The notes: a model not told the origin generated them from the sequence alone. A stretch of DNA of 64,000 nt from Spirochaetota bacterium (GCA_043803405.1 JAZDKB010000010.1:1-64000); one strand, 5' to 3'; shown: positions 36,783 to 47,883, numbered from the stretch's first letter. Numbers and translations are program-made.

Positions 36783-39700
36783 ATGAAAAAAATGCAACTT
36801 AACGCGGAACAAAAAAGTTCCGGTAAAAAAGCCGGATTTGATAAAAAACCGGCAAAACCCCGGAATAAAATTAAAACTACGCATAAGAACGCACCGGCAG
36901 AAAAAAAGTCCGCAATTCATAACGATATTCTTTCCACATTAATTGCTCAGGCACACGAAATGGTAATGATTACCGGGCTTGACGGCACAATCGAATATGT
37001 GAACCCCTATTTTGAAAAAATTACCGGTTACGACAAATCGGAAGTCCTTGGGAAAAATCCGCGCATATTAAAAAGCGGCCCGCATGATCCTTATTTATAC
37101 AAAGAACTGTGGACCACTATAACCAAAGGCAAAAACTGGAGAGGCATCCTTATTAATAAAAAAAAGGACGGCTCTCTATACAGCGAAGAAGCAGATATTT
37201 TCCCAATTAAGGATACAAACGGCAAAATAATAAAATATGCATCTATAAGTCACGACATTTCCGAAAGAAAAAAAGCCGAAGAATATATACTGCAGCAGAA
37301 TAAATTTTTTAATAATATGATAGAGGCCTTTACATATCCGGTTTATGTTATAGACGTACATACAGGCGGGATTCTCGTAGCAAACACAGCTGCGAAATCC
37401 CAGAACATAACAAACGGAATGCCGCATGAAAAAATACACTATGGCCTCAAGTTATTATCCGGCAAATCTGCGAAGGAATCCCTGCTTGAAAAAATTAAAA
37501 AGACAAAAGAGCCGGTCTTCATGGAATACACCATCAATGACAATAAAGGCAACCCGATATTCCGGGAGCTGTACGGCTATCCCATATTCGATGCACAGGG
37601 AAATGTAATCCAGATTATCGAATATATAATGGATATTACAGACAGGAAAAAATCCCAGGAAGAGCTGGTAAAATTATCGCAGGCTGTTGAACAGAGTTTA
37701 AACATAGTAATGATAACGGACAAATACGGTGTAATAGAATATGTCAATCCCAAGTTCACAGAAACTACCGGTTATTCGTTTCAGGAAGTGATAGGAGAAA
37801 AAGCGTCTTCCTTCGGGAAAATAAGCCCTGAAGAGAAAGGAAACTTCTGGGATATATTAAAGAAAGACGGAGAATGGCGCGGGGAATTCCACAACAAAAA
37901 AAAGAACGGGGAATATTACTGGGAATTCGCTTCGATATATTCAATTAAAAATTATCAGAATGTCGTTACACATTACATCAAGGATGCGGTTAACATCTCA
38001 AAAAGGAAACTGGCGGAGGACGAGCTAAAAGCAGCCAAGGAAAAAGCCGAGCTGGCAAACCGCTTCAAAAGCGAATTCCTTGCAAACATGAGCCACGAAA
38101 TAAGAACTCCGCTTAACAGCATTCTCGGATTCATTGAGCTTCTGCTCACGACAGAGCTGGACAGGCAGCAGAAAGATTATTTTGAAACAATAAAGGACAG
38201 CTCCCGGGTGCTGCTCGGTATAATAGAGGATATTCTGGATTTCTCAAAAATTGAAAGCGGGAAACTTGAAATAGACAATATTAAATTTTACCTGAAGCAT
38301 GAACTTGAACCTGTTGTGGAAATGTTCGTCGCAAGGGCGGATGAAAAAAATATTGAATTATTATACTTTATCGATCCTTCTTTACCCGAATATATTTTCG
38401 GAGACCCGCTCAGGATAAAGCAGGTGCTTAATAATCTTATCAGCAATGCAATAAAATTTACCCCCGAGAAAGGAAAAATATTCGTTGAAATTAAGCTTTT
38501 AGAACTACGTGATAATTTATGCCGCATAACATTCTCAGTTTCCGATAACGGGATTGGAATACCCGAGAGTAAGCAGAAAAAAATATTCGAAGCGTTTTTT
38601 CAAGCGGATTCTTCAGTATCCAGAAATTACGGCGGTACAGGACTTGGCCTTGCCATCTCGAGACATCTTGTTCACCTTATGGGAGGCGAACTGCAGCTTG
38701 AGAGCCGCGTAGCTGAAGGAAGCAGGTTTTATTTCGACCTGGCATTTACGGAATTCAGCGGCCTGGATATTTTTAAACGCGATTATGATTTCAGAGATGT
38801 GAAATGTTTTTTATTTAAAAAAAAGTATAATGATAAAATGCAACTCTATAATATTGAACGCTACCTGAAAGCTTTTAATATAGAGGTTGGAACTTTTTCT
38901 TCACTGGAAGAATTCAGCAGGCCGGATCACAATTTAAAAACTATTATTTTTACGGAATATTCAATACATACGCGGGACGAAATATCCGGGATACAACACG
39001 CCCTGCCCGACATACCAATTATAATGGTAGCAAACAGACTGGAAAAAGAATTCGCCAATCTTATAGTAAATAAAATCACTAAAATAATATACAAGCCGGT
39101 TTATGCTTCAAAAATAATAGGCGCGATTATTGAAATACTGTTCAACGAAAAACAAAAACCGTATGCGGACGCAATTGACGAAAAGGCAGGCAGGCCTTTT
39201 TTTTCAGCGGATGCGCTTGTTGCGGAAGATAACGCGATCAACCAGAAACTGATTACCTTAATGCTGAAAGAAATAGGAATTAAAGCCGACATCGCAAAAA
39301 ACGGCACTGAGGCAGTAGAAAAATTCATTAAAGGAAAATATGATATTATTCTTATGGACGTAAATATGCCTGTAATGGACGGTATCCAGGCTACAGCGGA
39401 AATCCTTAAAATTGAAAAATCTAACGAGAAACAGCACACACCCATTGTAGCATTGACCGCCAAGTCAATTAAAGGAGACAGGGAAATAATAATCAATGCC
39501 GGAATGGATGATTATCTGTCAAAGCCCATCAGTATCAACAAGTTATGCGGAACGATATATCCTTTTTTAAAGCACAAACAAACAAACCTGTCACCTGACT
39601 CATCAGCAACTCAGAATCAGGAAAATCAGACTCAACAGGCAATAAGTCAAAAAACTGAACAACCGGCATTTTTACAGACAAATAATGTCGCATACGATCT

Positions 39701-40022
39701 GGCCGAGATTGCAGATGAACTCGGAGTAAGCATTGAATTTTTAAACAATCTGGTACGCCAGTTCATCGGTAACTTCGAGAATTATTTTTCTCTGATATCT
39801 GAAAGCGTAAAAACATATAATTTTGACGTAATCTACGCCGAAGCCCACAAAATGAAAGGAACTGCCTCTAATTTAAGGCTCAACAAACTGGCCGATTATT
39901 TTTCAAAGATGGAAGCAAACGCCAGAAATAAAGACCATGGAGATTACGGAGCATTATTAAATTTAATTAAAGAAGAAATTAAGATATTAAGAACTGACTT
40001 TATAAATCATTCGGAGCTTTAA
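36783..40022 (+). CDS. Soluble hybrid kinase: 3xPAS-HisKA-HATPase-(pseudo-REC)-REC-Hpt
   Basis: FLANMSHEIRTPL, GGTGLGL, LMDVNMP, AHKMKG. Confidence 0.93.
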   Translation: MKKMQLNAEQKSSGKKAGFDKKPAKPRNKIKTTHKNAPAEKKSAIHNDILSTLIAQAHEMVMITGLDGTIEYVNPYFEKITGYDKSEVLGKNPRILKSGPHDPYLYKELWTTITKGKNWRGILINKKKDGSLYSEEADIFPIKDTNGKIIKYASISHDISERKKAEEYILQQNKFFNNMIEAFTYPVYVIDVHTGGILVANTAAKSQNITNGMPHEKIHYGLKLLSGKSAKESLLEKIKKTKEPVFMEYTINDNKGNPIFRELYGYPIFDAQGNVIQIIEYIMDITDRKKSQEELVKLSQAVEQSLNIVMITDKYGVIEYVNPKFTETTGYSFQEVIGEKASSFGKISPEEKGNFWDILKKDGEWRGEFHNKKKNGEYYWEFASIYSIKNYQNVVTHYIKDAVNISKRKLAEDELKAAKEKAELANRFKSEFLANMSHEIRTPLNSILGFIELLLTTELDRQQKDYFETIKDSSRVLLGIIEDILDFSKIESGKLEIDNIKFYLKHELEPVVEMFVARADEKNIELLYFIDPSLPEYIFGDPLRIKQVLNNLISNAIKFTPEKGKIFVEIKLLELRDNLCRITFSVSDNGIGIPESKQKKIFEAFFQADSSVSRNYGGTGLGLAISRHLVHLMGGELQLESRVAEGSRFYFDLAFTEFSGLDIFKRDYDFRDVKCFLFKKKYNDKMQLYNIERYLKAFNIEVGTFSSLEEFSRPDHNLKTIIFTEYSIHTRDEISGIQHALPDIPIIMVANRLEKEFANLIVNKITKIIYKPVYASKIIGAIIEILFNEKQKPYADAIDEKAGRPFFSADALVAEDNAINQKLITLMLKEIGIKADIAKNGTEAVEKFIKGKYDIILMDVNMPVMDGIQATAEILKIEKSNEKQHTPIVALTAKSIKGDREIIINAGMDDYLSKPISINKLCGTIYPFLKHKQTNLSPDSSATQNQENQTQQAISQKTEQPAFLQTNNVAYDLAEIADELGVSIEFLNNLVRQFIGNFENYFSLISESVKTYNFDVIYAEAHKMKGTASNLRLNKLADYFSKMEANARNKDHGDYGALLNLIKEEIKILRTDFINHSEL

Positions 40023-40025
40023 AAT

Positions 40026-41066
40026 ATGTTCACAGGACTACAGGGCATTTCCATAGATGATGAAAAAATAAATCTCATGCTTGTTGAAGAACTTGCTGTT
40101 AAAGTAGGGCTTAACATAAAAAGCTTTATTGATCCCGTAGGCGCTATTGACTTTATAAAAAACAATAATATTGATATAGCATTTGTCGATTATCTAATGC
40201 CGCAGATGAACGGCATTGAAGTTGTAAAAAATATAAGAAAATTTCATCCTGACATACCGATTATTATGATCACTTCGATGGGAGGCGACGAGCAGTTAAA
40301 ACTTTCCGCTATAGAAGCCGGCGCTACGGAATTTTTGCTTAAACCGCTCAGGGGCTCGGAATTTATTGCACGCATTACAAATTTATCCAATCTGAGAAAA
40401 TACCAGCTCCTGTTAAAGAACAAAGCCCTTCTTCTGGAAGATGAAGTTAAAGACGCCACTCAAAATTTAAAGAACAGGGAGTTTGAAACATTAATTGTTC
40501 TGGGCAATGTCGCAGAATATAAAGATCCGGAAACAGGCAATCATGTTTCAAGAGTAGCACATTATTCGCGAATGCTTGCGATGTTATTGAATGAAAGCGA
40601 AGAAAATCAGGAAAATCTTTTTAACGCTTCCCCGCTTCACGACGTAGGCAAAATCGGCATTCGTGATTCAATTCTTAATAAACCCGGCAAACTTACTCAG
40701 GACGAATGGGAAATAATGAAAACTCATTCAACAATAGGATATGAAATTCTTAAGAGTACTGAAAGCCCTTTCCTGAAATCCGGCGCAGTAATCGCAAAGA
40801 TGCATCACGAAAAATTTGACGGTACCGGATATCCGAACGGGTTAAGAGGAAGCCAGATCCACCTGTTCGGCAGGATAGTAGCGGTTGCGGATGTGTTTGA
40901 CGCGCTTATGACGCGGAGGCCGTATAAGGAACCGTGGCCTTTTGAGAAAGCTATTGAATTGCTTTTTGAAGAAAAAGGAAAGCATTTCGATCCGGATATT
41001 GTTGATCTTTTTTTAAATAATCTCAACAGGGTTAAAAAAATATCAAATATTTTTAAAGATATCTAA
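40026..41066 (+). CDS. Response regulator with HD-GYP phosphodiesterase (RpfG-like)
   Basis: VDYLMP, LHDVGKIG, HHEKFDGTGYP. Confidence 0.93.
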   Translation: MFTGLQGISIDDEKINLMLVEELAVKVGLNIKSFIDPVGAIDFIKNNNIDIAFVDYLMPQMNGIEVVKNIRKFHPDIPIIMITSMGGDEQLKLSAIEAGATEFLLKPLRGSEFIARITNLSNLRKYQLLLKNKALLLEDEVKDATQNLKNREFETLIVLGNVAEYKDPETGNHVSRVAHYSRMLAMLLNESEENQENLFNASPLHDVGKIGIRDSILNKPGKLTQDEWEIMKTHSTIGYEILKSTESPFLKSGAVIAKMHHEKFDGTGYPNGLRGSQIHLFGRIVAVADVFDALMTRRPYKEPWPFEKAIELLFEEKGKHFDPDIVDLFLNNLNRVKKISNIFKDI

Positions 41067-41209
41067 TTGATTTATTTTTTGTTTTACAAATTATTTATAT
41101 TAATTATAAAAACCTCCAGTATCTTTTACAGCTAAAGTTCCTTTACAAAAAAATAATCCTTTAAGTCCGCAAAAAAATATACTTTATAAGTAAACACTTG
41201 AGGAGTTTA

Positions 41210-41956
41210 ATGAAAAGTAACAGATGGTATTTAATAATTACAGTTGTTTTACTTTTATTTTCCGCGATCTTTTATCTTATTCAGATTTCTATATTCCACA
41301 AGACAGAAGATACATTCTTTTATCTGTTGCAGGATCTATCATTTGTCCCGGTTCAGGTTTTGCTTGTTACTCTGATTCTGGACAGACTACTTAAAAAACG
41401 CGAAAAAAATTCCTTTCTGAATAAATTAAACATGGTTATCGGAGTATTTTATAATGATATCGGGAACAGGCTTCTCGAATTATTCGGCAAATTTGCCCTA
41501 AACAATGAGAGCATAAGCTCCCAGCTCAGGATATCAAACGAATGGAAAGAAAAAGATTTCAGGAATAAAATAAACGAATTCAGAATTCATCCTGAGGATA
41601 TTAATCCCGAAAGCGAAGGATTATACTCCCTGAAAAAATTTTTAACGGAAAAAAATCAGGGACTGTTAAACCTGCTCGCCAATCCGAACCTTCTTGAACA
41701 CGATACTTTTACAAATTTACTCTGGGCTGTGTTCCATCTTGCGGATGAACTGATGCACAGAGAAAAATTTGACAACCTGCCGCAAAGCGACCTTAATCAT
41801 CTTAGAGGCGACCTGGTGAGAGCTTATCAGCTTATAGTTCTTGAATGGCTATCTTACATGAAGCACTTAAAAAAAGATTATCCGTATCTTTTCTCAATAG
41901 CTGTGCGGACAAATCCGTTTAATCCCGATGCAGAAATAACCGTAAAGCAGCCGTAA
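41210..41956 (+). CDS. Conserved hypothetical membrane protein (2 N-terminal TMs)
   Basis: SD GAGGAG before the ATG at 41210; KLNMVIGVF, NPNLLEH, YPYLFS..RTNPF motifs. Confidence 0.7.
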   Translation: MKSNRWYLIITVVLLLFSAIFYLIQISIFHKTEDTFFYLLQDLSFVPVQVLLVTLILDRLLKKREKNSFLNKLNMVIGVFYNDIGNRLLELFGKFALNNESISSQLRISNEWKEKDFRNKINEFRIHPEDINPESEGLYSLKKFLTEKNQGLLNLLANPNLLEHDTFTNLLWAVFHLADELMHREKFDNLPQSDLNHLRGDLVRAYQLIVLEWLSYMKHLKKDYPYLFSIAVRTNPFNPDAEITVKQP

Positions 41957-41957
41957 A

Positions 41958-42491
41958 TTATAGCATTTTAAAAAATATTACTTTCCCGTCGCCCGGATAA
42001 TAAAAATCCGGAAAATACGCTCCTTTTTTGTATCCGCACGATTTGTAAAATTTCCTGGTAGGAAGATACTGTTTTCTTGATGAAGTTTCGGAATATATTT
42101 GCAGGCCGCCGGACTGCTTTATACTGTCTTCAGTCATGGACAAAAGGATTCTGCCTATGCCGTTTCCCTGCTGATTCGGGCTTACAGCTATCCAGTACAG
42201 ATCGTAACTGGCCTTTGTAAGCGGGATAAGCCCATAACATGTATAACCAATGAGACTGCCTTCAATTTCTGCAAAGATGAACTCGTATGTTGATCTCTTA
42301 CCGAGCGAAAGCTTTTCTTCAATAAGCTCAATAGCGACTATCAATTCTTCATCCGAAAAAAAACCAGTGAGTCTTAATAGTTTGCGTACATTAATACGGT
42401 CTTCTTTTCTCGGTTCATTTCGAAAATCGATTGGCAATGAGGCCGGACTTTGATTGTTTTGTTCAATTTTTAAACGACTCATAATACTCAA
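41958..42491 (-). CDS. GNAT-family N-acetyltransferase
   Basis: LYWIAV..QQGNGIG acetyl-CoA motif; FYKSCGY. Confidence 0.88.
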   Translation of the reverse strand: MSIMSRLKIEQNNQSPASLPIDFRNEPRKEDRINVRKLLRLTGFFSDEELIVAIELIEEKLSLGKRSTYEFIFAEIEGSLIGYTCYGLIPLTKASYDLYWIAVSPNQQGNGIGRILLSMTEDSIKQSGGLQIYSETSSRKQYLPTRKFYKSCGYKKGAYFPDFYYPGDGKVIFFKML

Positions 42492-42547
42492 TAATTTTTT
42501 TATTCGATTTTTATTCTTCTGCCAATATATCAGTAAAACAATATGTT

Positions 42548-44584
42548 TTAAATCCCAAGTATTCGCTGGGTTACATCGTCAAATGTCAGTCCAATTTTCC
42601 TTGCTGCTGCCATAAATCCGGCATCGGAGGCAAGACACGGGTTAGCATTAACCTCCAGTACCCACGGCTTCCCCTCGGCATCTACCCGAAAATCAACACG
42701 GGCATAGCCCTTAAGCCCGAACATGTCCCAGCACTTAAGCGCATCAATACTGAGTAATCTCAGCAAACGCTTATCATTTTTCTTAAAATCATAACTGCGA
42801 ATAGTATTTCTGTATTCAAACGAATCCTCTTCCCACTTCGCTTTATAATTTACTATCCGCGGTTTATCTTCCGGGTAATCCTTAAAAATAATCTCGGCAT
42901 GAGGCAAAACCTCAGGACCGTCCATACCGTCAAGAATCGCGATGTTAAACTCACGGCCGTCAATATAAAACTCGGCAAAACATTCTGTTTTATATCCGGA
43001 AGCAATCTTTCTAAAAATACTTTTATCTGTTTTACCGGTTATTTTTACCAGGGAATTCTCATTAATACCGATCGAAGCATGATCGAACAGGGATTTTATT
43101 ATATATGTTCCCTTGGGCAATTTTACTTTTTCGGCTTTAAATATTGAAAAATATTGAGGGGTAGAAATCCCGCTTTGCTTCATTATTTGCTTAGCCAGCA
43201 TTTTATTTCCTGTCATGGCTATTGCGTCTGACCCGGAACCCGTATAATCAAAAGATAAAGACTCAAGAACAGCAGGCGCAATTATCATAAGCCTGTCATG
43301 CCCGTCAACAGACTCAACCAGATTAAATACTTTTACAGGCTTTATTTGTAATAAGGATTTTTTTAGTTTATCAATATCAAGAGTCAACTCGATATTTACC
43401 GGTTCATAACCTAAACGTTTAACCGAAGCCGCAATCTCTTCCGCCTGTACCAAAACATCCTTTTCATCAGGAGATGCGTTTCCAGGCACGTGTTGATGTA
43501 AAATCACAATTTTTTTTAAATTAGTTTTTTTTTTGGCAGGTTTGGGAGTTTTATTATTTATAATTGAAGATATGTTTATTTCTTTTACCTTCTGAGGAGC
43601 AAACTCAAGCAATCCATAGCGTTTCAAAGCGGAATTGACGATAGAGCCTATAAGCGTAATATAAGGTATGCCTGCTTTTGTGCAGATTATAGGCAGATCG
43701 GAATGCTCAGGATGAAGCCCTGCAAGCGGATTTACTTCAATAAAGTTAGGTTTGCCTGCGCTATCGCATCTTATGTCTACCCTGCCCGCATCAAAGCACC
43801 CTAGCCCCCTCCACGCGTCCAGAGCCAGCTCTTCAGCAGCCTTTGCAGTCTCATCATCGGCTAAAGTATATGTAACCAGCTCCTCGCAATTCTCCTTGTT
43901 CGAAAACGAATAGACTCCGCTTTCTGCATTTTCGTGCAGTATTACTTCAAGGACGCCGGCAGAATAAGCTTCCCTGCCTGTGCCGATTATCCCAACGGTA
44001 AATTCGCGTCCAGGTAAATAGGATTCCACCAGCACAGGCTGATTATACCGTGCGAGAAGCCCTGAACAGACTTCAACAAGTGTTTTTTTATCTATTATTA
44101 CTGATGCAGCATTAATACCCTTACCTGTGCCTTCTGCATAAGGCTTGGCAAACATAGGGTAATTAAATCCGATTGACTCAATTTCGCTAACTGAGTTGAC
44201 AAGCTGAAATTCGGGAGTAGCGATCCCCAGATCGCGTATAACGCGTTTTGTAAGATCTTTATTTAACGAGAGTCCCATTATACAGGGATCGGAGAATGTA
44301 TACGGAATCCTGTAAGCATCGCACACGGCCGGCACCTGTGCTTCGCGCCCTATGCCATAAACTCCTTCTGCGATGTTAAACACAATATCCCAGCGTTTGC
44401 CTTCAGTAAGATTCGGGACAAGCTCTGCGATATTGCCTATGCGTTCGGTTTCAAAACCCAAATCATTAAGCGTTTTCTCAATAGCATCAACCGTTTCGCC
44501 GAAATCAAACTCGGCAACATCCTCTTCGGAGAATCCAAGATTTCGGTAATAATCCCTTAAATCATAGGTAAGGCCAATCAGCAT
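42548..44584 (-). CDS. Fusion of two D-Ala-D-Ala-ligase-like ATP-grasp domains
   Basis: Domain 1 KPYAEGTGKGI, PGREF, RVD, EVNPLAGL; Lys-rich linker; domain 2 KSLFDHASIGI, DGREF, RVD, EVNANP. Confidence 0.88.
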   Translation of the reverse strand: MLIGLTYDLRDYYRNLGFSEEDVAEFDFGETVDAIEKTLNDLGFETERIGNIAELVPNLTEGKRWDIVFNIAEGVYGIGREAQVPAVCDAYRIPYTFSDPCIMGLSLNKDLTKRVIRDLGIATPEFQLVNSVSEIESIGFNYPMFAKPYAEGTGKGINAASVIIDKKTLVEVCSGLLARYNQPVLVESYLPGREFTVGIIGTGREAYSAGVLEVILHENAESGVYSFSNKENCEELVTYTLADDETAKAAEELALDAWRGLGCFDAGRVDIRCDSAGKPNFIEVNPLAGLHPEHSDLPIICTKAGIPYITLIGSIVNSALKRYGLLEFAPQKVKEINISSIINNKTPKPAKKKTNLKKIVILHQHVPGNASPDEKDVLVQAEEIAASVKRLGYEPVNIELTLDIDKLKKSLLQIKPVKVFNLVESVDGHDRLMIIAPAVLESLSFDYTGSGSDAIAMTGNKMLAKQIMKQSGISTPQYFSIFKAEKVKLPKGTYIIKSLFDHASIGINENSLVKITGKTDKSIFRKIASGYKTECFAEFYIDGREFNIAILDGMDGPEVLPHAEIIFKDYPEDKPRIVNYKAKWEEDSFEYRNTIRSYDFKKNDKRLLRLLSIDALKCWDMFGLKGYARVDFRVDAEGKPWVLEVNANPCLASDAGFMAAARKIGLTFDDVTQRILGI

Positions 44585-44595
44585 TTATAGTCCTG

Positions 44596-45921
44596 TTACT
44601 CGGCAGAGCATGTATCTGGATAGGTGAATATTTTGTCCTCGTAGTTCTTAAGAACAACTGATGAACCATCGCGTCCCTGATAATATCCCGGCTGAAGCGG
44701 AATTTTTCCTCCGCCGCCTGGTGCGTCGATCACATAATTAGGGACTGCAAAACCTGTTGTATGGCCGCGAAGCCCCTTAATAATTTCAATGCCCTTCTCA
44801 ACCGGAGTTCTGAAATGGGAAGATCCCGATATAGGATCACATTGATATAAATAGTACGGACGCACTCTGGCCATTAAAAGCTTATGATAAAGAGATTTCA
44901 TGGTATCAATATTGTCATTTACCCCTTTTAAAAGCACTGTCTGGCTTCCAAGCGGAATACCGGCATTTGAAAGCCTGCTGCAAGCGGTTTCCGTTTCAGG
45001 AGTAATCTCCTCAGGATGAGTAAAATGAATATTCATCCATAACGGATGATATTTCTTAAGCATGTTAACCAGATGAGGCGTAATCCTCTGCGGAAGCACA
45101 ACAGGAACCTTAGTGCCGATTCTGATTATTTCAACATGCTGAATGGTTCTGAGAGATGAAAGCAACCATTCAAGCGATTCATCCGAAAGTGTAAGCGGAT
45201 CCCCGCCCGAAATGAGCACATCCCTTATTTCTTTGTGCGATTCAATATATGCAATTGCCATCTCCCAGTGCTTTGTGTTAATAATATTTGAACGGGAGTG
45301 GCCCACCATCCTGGAGCGTGTGCAATATCTGCAATATGTTGAGCAGAAGTCCGTTACAAGGAAAAGCACTCTGTCCGGATATCTGTGAACAAGCCCGGGT
45401 ACAGGGCTGTCGTTTTCTTCATGCAAAGGATCATCCGATTCTCCTTCAGCGCGCTTTAATTCAGCAGCTACAGGAATAACACATCTGCGTAAAGGATGAG
45501 AAGCATCGTCCCTGTCAATCAGACTGGCATAATAAGGTGTAATCGACAAAGGGAGCATTCCATTTGAATTCTCAAGCGCATCTTTTTCTTCTTCAGACAG
45601 CCTGAAAATGAGCGATAATTCGCTGCCCGTTTTTATCCTGTTCTGGAGCTGCCAGCGCCAGTCGTTCCATTGCTCTTTGCCAATGTTAGGATAATGACTT
45701 TTTCTAAAAAGATTGGTTCTGGCTGATGATGCATTTCTGGTTGGAAATTTTTCTTTTAAAACATAAGGAGATAATAATGGAGCTGTAAATAATTCAGATG
45801 TTACAGTACTACTGGAAGGAGGTTCATCTGAATCGGAATATTCCTCTGCGGCATTTGTGACAATGTTTGAAGTGTCTTTAACCGCATTTGAGGAAGATAT
45901 AGATAATCTTTGATGCTGCAT
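44596..45921 (-). CDS. kamA: KamA-family radical SAM/PLP aminomutase (lysine 2,3-aminomutase-like)
   Basis: HRYPDR, CSTYCRYC, YQCD, DAPGGGGK (PLP lysine). Confidence 0.9.
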   Translation of the reverse strand: MQHQRLSISSSNAVKDTSNIVTNAAEEYSDSDEPPSSSTVTSELFTAPLLSPYVLKEKFPTRNASSARTNLFRKSHYPNIGKEQWNDWRWQLQNRIKTGSELSLIFRLSEEEKDALENSNGMLPLSITPYYASLIDRDDASHPLRRCVIPVAAELKRAEGESDDPLHEENDSPVPGLVHRYPDRVLFLVTDFCSTYCRYCTRSRMVGHSRSNIINTKHWEMAIAYIESHKEIRDVLISGGDPLTLSDESLEWLLSSLRTIQHVEIIRIGTKVPVVLPQRITPHLVNMLKKYHPLWMNIHFTHPEEITPETETACSRLSNAGIPLGSQTVLLKGVNDNIDTMKSLYHKLLMARVRPYYLYQCDPISGSSHFRTPVEKGIEIIKGLRGHTTGFAVPNYVIDAPGGGGKIPLQPGYYQGRDGSSVVLKNYEDKIFTYPDTCSAE

Positions 45922-46333
45922 GTCGCGTACCTCATTTTATAATTAACAAAGCTTACGACCTAAAAAAGGTCTAAAATATTTTTATTAAATCCGAGAGAGT
46001 TAAAAAATATAATACTCTCTTTGTCAATAATAATACACAATTTTTTTAAAGAAAAAATTTTTTTGAATTTTACAAATAAAATCCCAACATGTTTTTCTTA
46101 TTCTTTTTTCTTTATATCGTAATCTTTTAAAAATTGTTTAATGATTTTTCTTCAGCTTTTCAATTAAAATCTATTGTCTGATTATGTCGCATATAATTAA
46201 TATGTCATCTCTTTTTTTATTATGACTAAAATTTTTTTTATTTTTCTCAAATATCTTTCAGCCATAATCCAAGACATCTGTTCTTCCGGCATCTTAAGGA
46301 TAAGCACGCTTCATTTATTATAAAATATCCGGC

Positions 46334-46933
46334 CTAAATTCTAATACCGGAAAATCCATAAAAGATAAGAGCCAGCAGAACGAAGTTCAATATTGCAATC
46401 GGAATACCCATTAATCCGGATGGAATTTCAGCAAGTTCCAGTCTATCAATAATTCCTGATATCAAAACCAGAACAAAAGTAAAAGCCAATCCGGCACCTA
46501 TCCCATGCGCAGCTGCTTCAACAAAAAGGTTAAACGAAAAAAAGCCGGATTCAATATTAAATAACGATATTGATGTCCCTAAAAAAGCGCAGTTAAAAAG
46601 CAAATAAGGAAAAAATATATTTACGGATTGGGAAATTGCGGGAAAAAATCTGTTTGCAGCTGTTTTAAAAAGCTGAACAAATATAATAATAATTAAATTA
46701 AAAATAATACATTTTAACAGAAGAAATTCAATGGTGAAAAAATGTTTTACAACAAGGGAATAAATAATAGATGTAAATATCATAACAAAAGAAAATGCAA
46801 GTCCGGCTTTGAGGGTTAATCCCGGTTTTTGAAGAAAAGAAAAGAAAGGAGGCTTCCTGACAACACGGGGCAAAAAATAATTGCTGATAAACAAGGAAAT
46901 AATCGCAGTAAAAAATAAGATTTTAATCTCCAT
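46334..46933 (-). CDS. Divergent RnfA/NqrE-family membrane protein
   Basis: NCAFLG, GIGAGLAF, GIPIA; N-terminal LGxCP motif absent. Confidence 0.75.
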   Translation of the reverse strand: MEIKILFFTAIISLFISNYFLPRVVRKPPFFSFLQKPGLTLKAGLAFSFVMIFTSIIYSLVVKHFFTIEFLLLKCIIFNLIIIIFVQLFKTAANRFFPAISQSVNIFFPYLLFNCAFLGTSISLFNIESGFFSFNLFVEAAAHGIGAGLAFTFVLVLISGIIDRLELAEIPSGLMGIPIAILNFVLLALIFYGFSGIRI

Positions 46934-46997
46934 AATAGCTTCCTAAAATTTCAATTCCTGCACATTAAGTAATCCGCCTAGATGCAATTTATACTGA

Positions 46998-47855
46998 TTA
47001 TATTATCGCGCCAAAAACACGAGGCTTTGAATATTTGTCAATTAATGGAACTGCTGCATTCATAAACAGAATAGCAAAACAAACGCCTTCTTCGAATGCC
47101 CCCACTGTACGGATTACGAATGTAAATATTCCGCATCCAATGCCGAATATTAACATGCCTTTCTTTGTTACAGGCGATGTTACCATATCCGTTGCCATAA
47201 AAAATGCTCCAAGGAAAAGACCGGCAGAAAAAAAATGAATCGTGATAATCCTTAACGAAATCTCATTTCCTGAAATAATATTATAAAGAATTACAATAAT
47301 AAAAAAAGATCCAAGGTAGCTGGCAGGGATATGCCAGCTTATTATTTTATTGATCATAAGAAAAACTGCGCCTATTAAAAGCAATATTAAGGGAATTATC
47401 CCTATTTCCTGGTTAACGGCCATTTCCGCAGGCCATAAAGCTATTAATAAGGCTATTGCAGCCAAAGCTGGATTAAATATATTAAAACCCAGTCCGCCGA
47501 ACGCCTGTTTAACAATTATTATTGCAAAAAAAGAAGCAATTGCCGTCATCCAAACAGGCAGACCGTGAGGAACGTTCATGGCAATCAGCAATCCGGTAAT
47601 CACTGCAGAACCGTCCGGAATACTCACTTTTTTATAAATAATTGCCTGATACAAAAATTCGATGATTGCTGCAGAAAATACTGATACTGCCAGAAGAATC
47701 AAATAACTAATACCTGACAAATAAATTGTATAAACGTTCGAAGGCAAAAGAGCCAATACGACAAACCACATGATCTTTCCGATGGATTGGCAGTCTCTGA
47801 TGTGAGGCGAGTCCGAATTTATTAATTTTGATATTGATTTTTCTTTTTCGGTCAT
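46998..47855 (-). CDS. rnfD: Shortened RnfD-family membrane protein
   Basis: SPHIR, FGGLGFNIFNPA, FFMATDMVTSP, EGVCFAIL; FMN-attachment S/TGATP loop missing. Confidence 0.8.
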   Translation of the reverse strand: MTEKEKSISKLINSDSPHIRDCQSIGKIMWFVVLALLPSNVYTIYLSGISYLILLAVSVFSAAIIEFLYQAIIYKKVSIPDGSAVITGLLIAMNVPHGLPVWMTAIASFFAIIIVKQAFGGLGFNIFNPALAAIALLIALWPAEMAVNQEIGIIPLILLLIGAVFLMINKIISWHIPASYLGSFFIIVILYNIISGNEISLRIITIHFFSAGLFLGAFFMATDMVTSPVTKKGMLIFGIGCGIFTFVIRTVGAFEEGVCFAILFMNAAVPLIDKYSKPRVFGAII

Positions 47856-47883
47856 CGGTAATTTAATTATATTTAAAATTTTG

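Noticed and set aside
41958..46330. Graspetide (microviridin-like) RiPP cluster
   Set aside because: The ATP-grasp domains are Ddl-like and no precursor peptide ORF was found.
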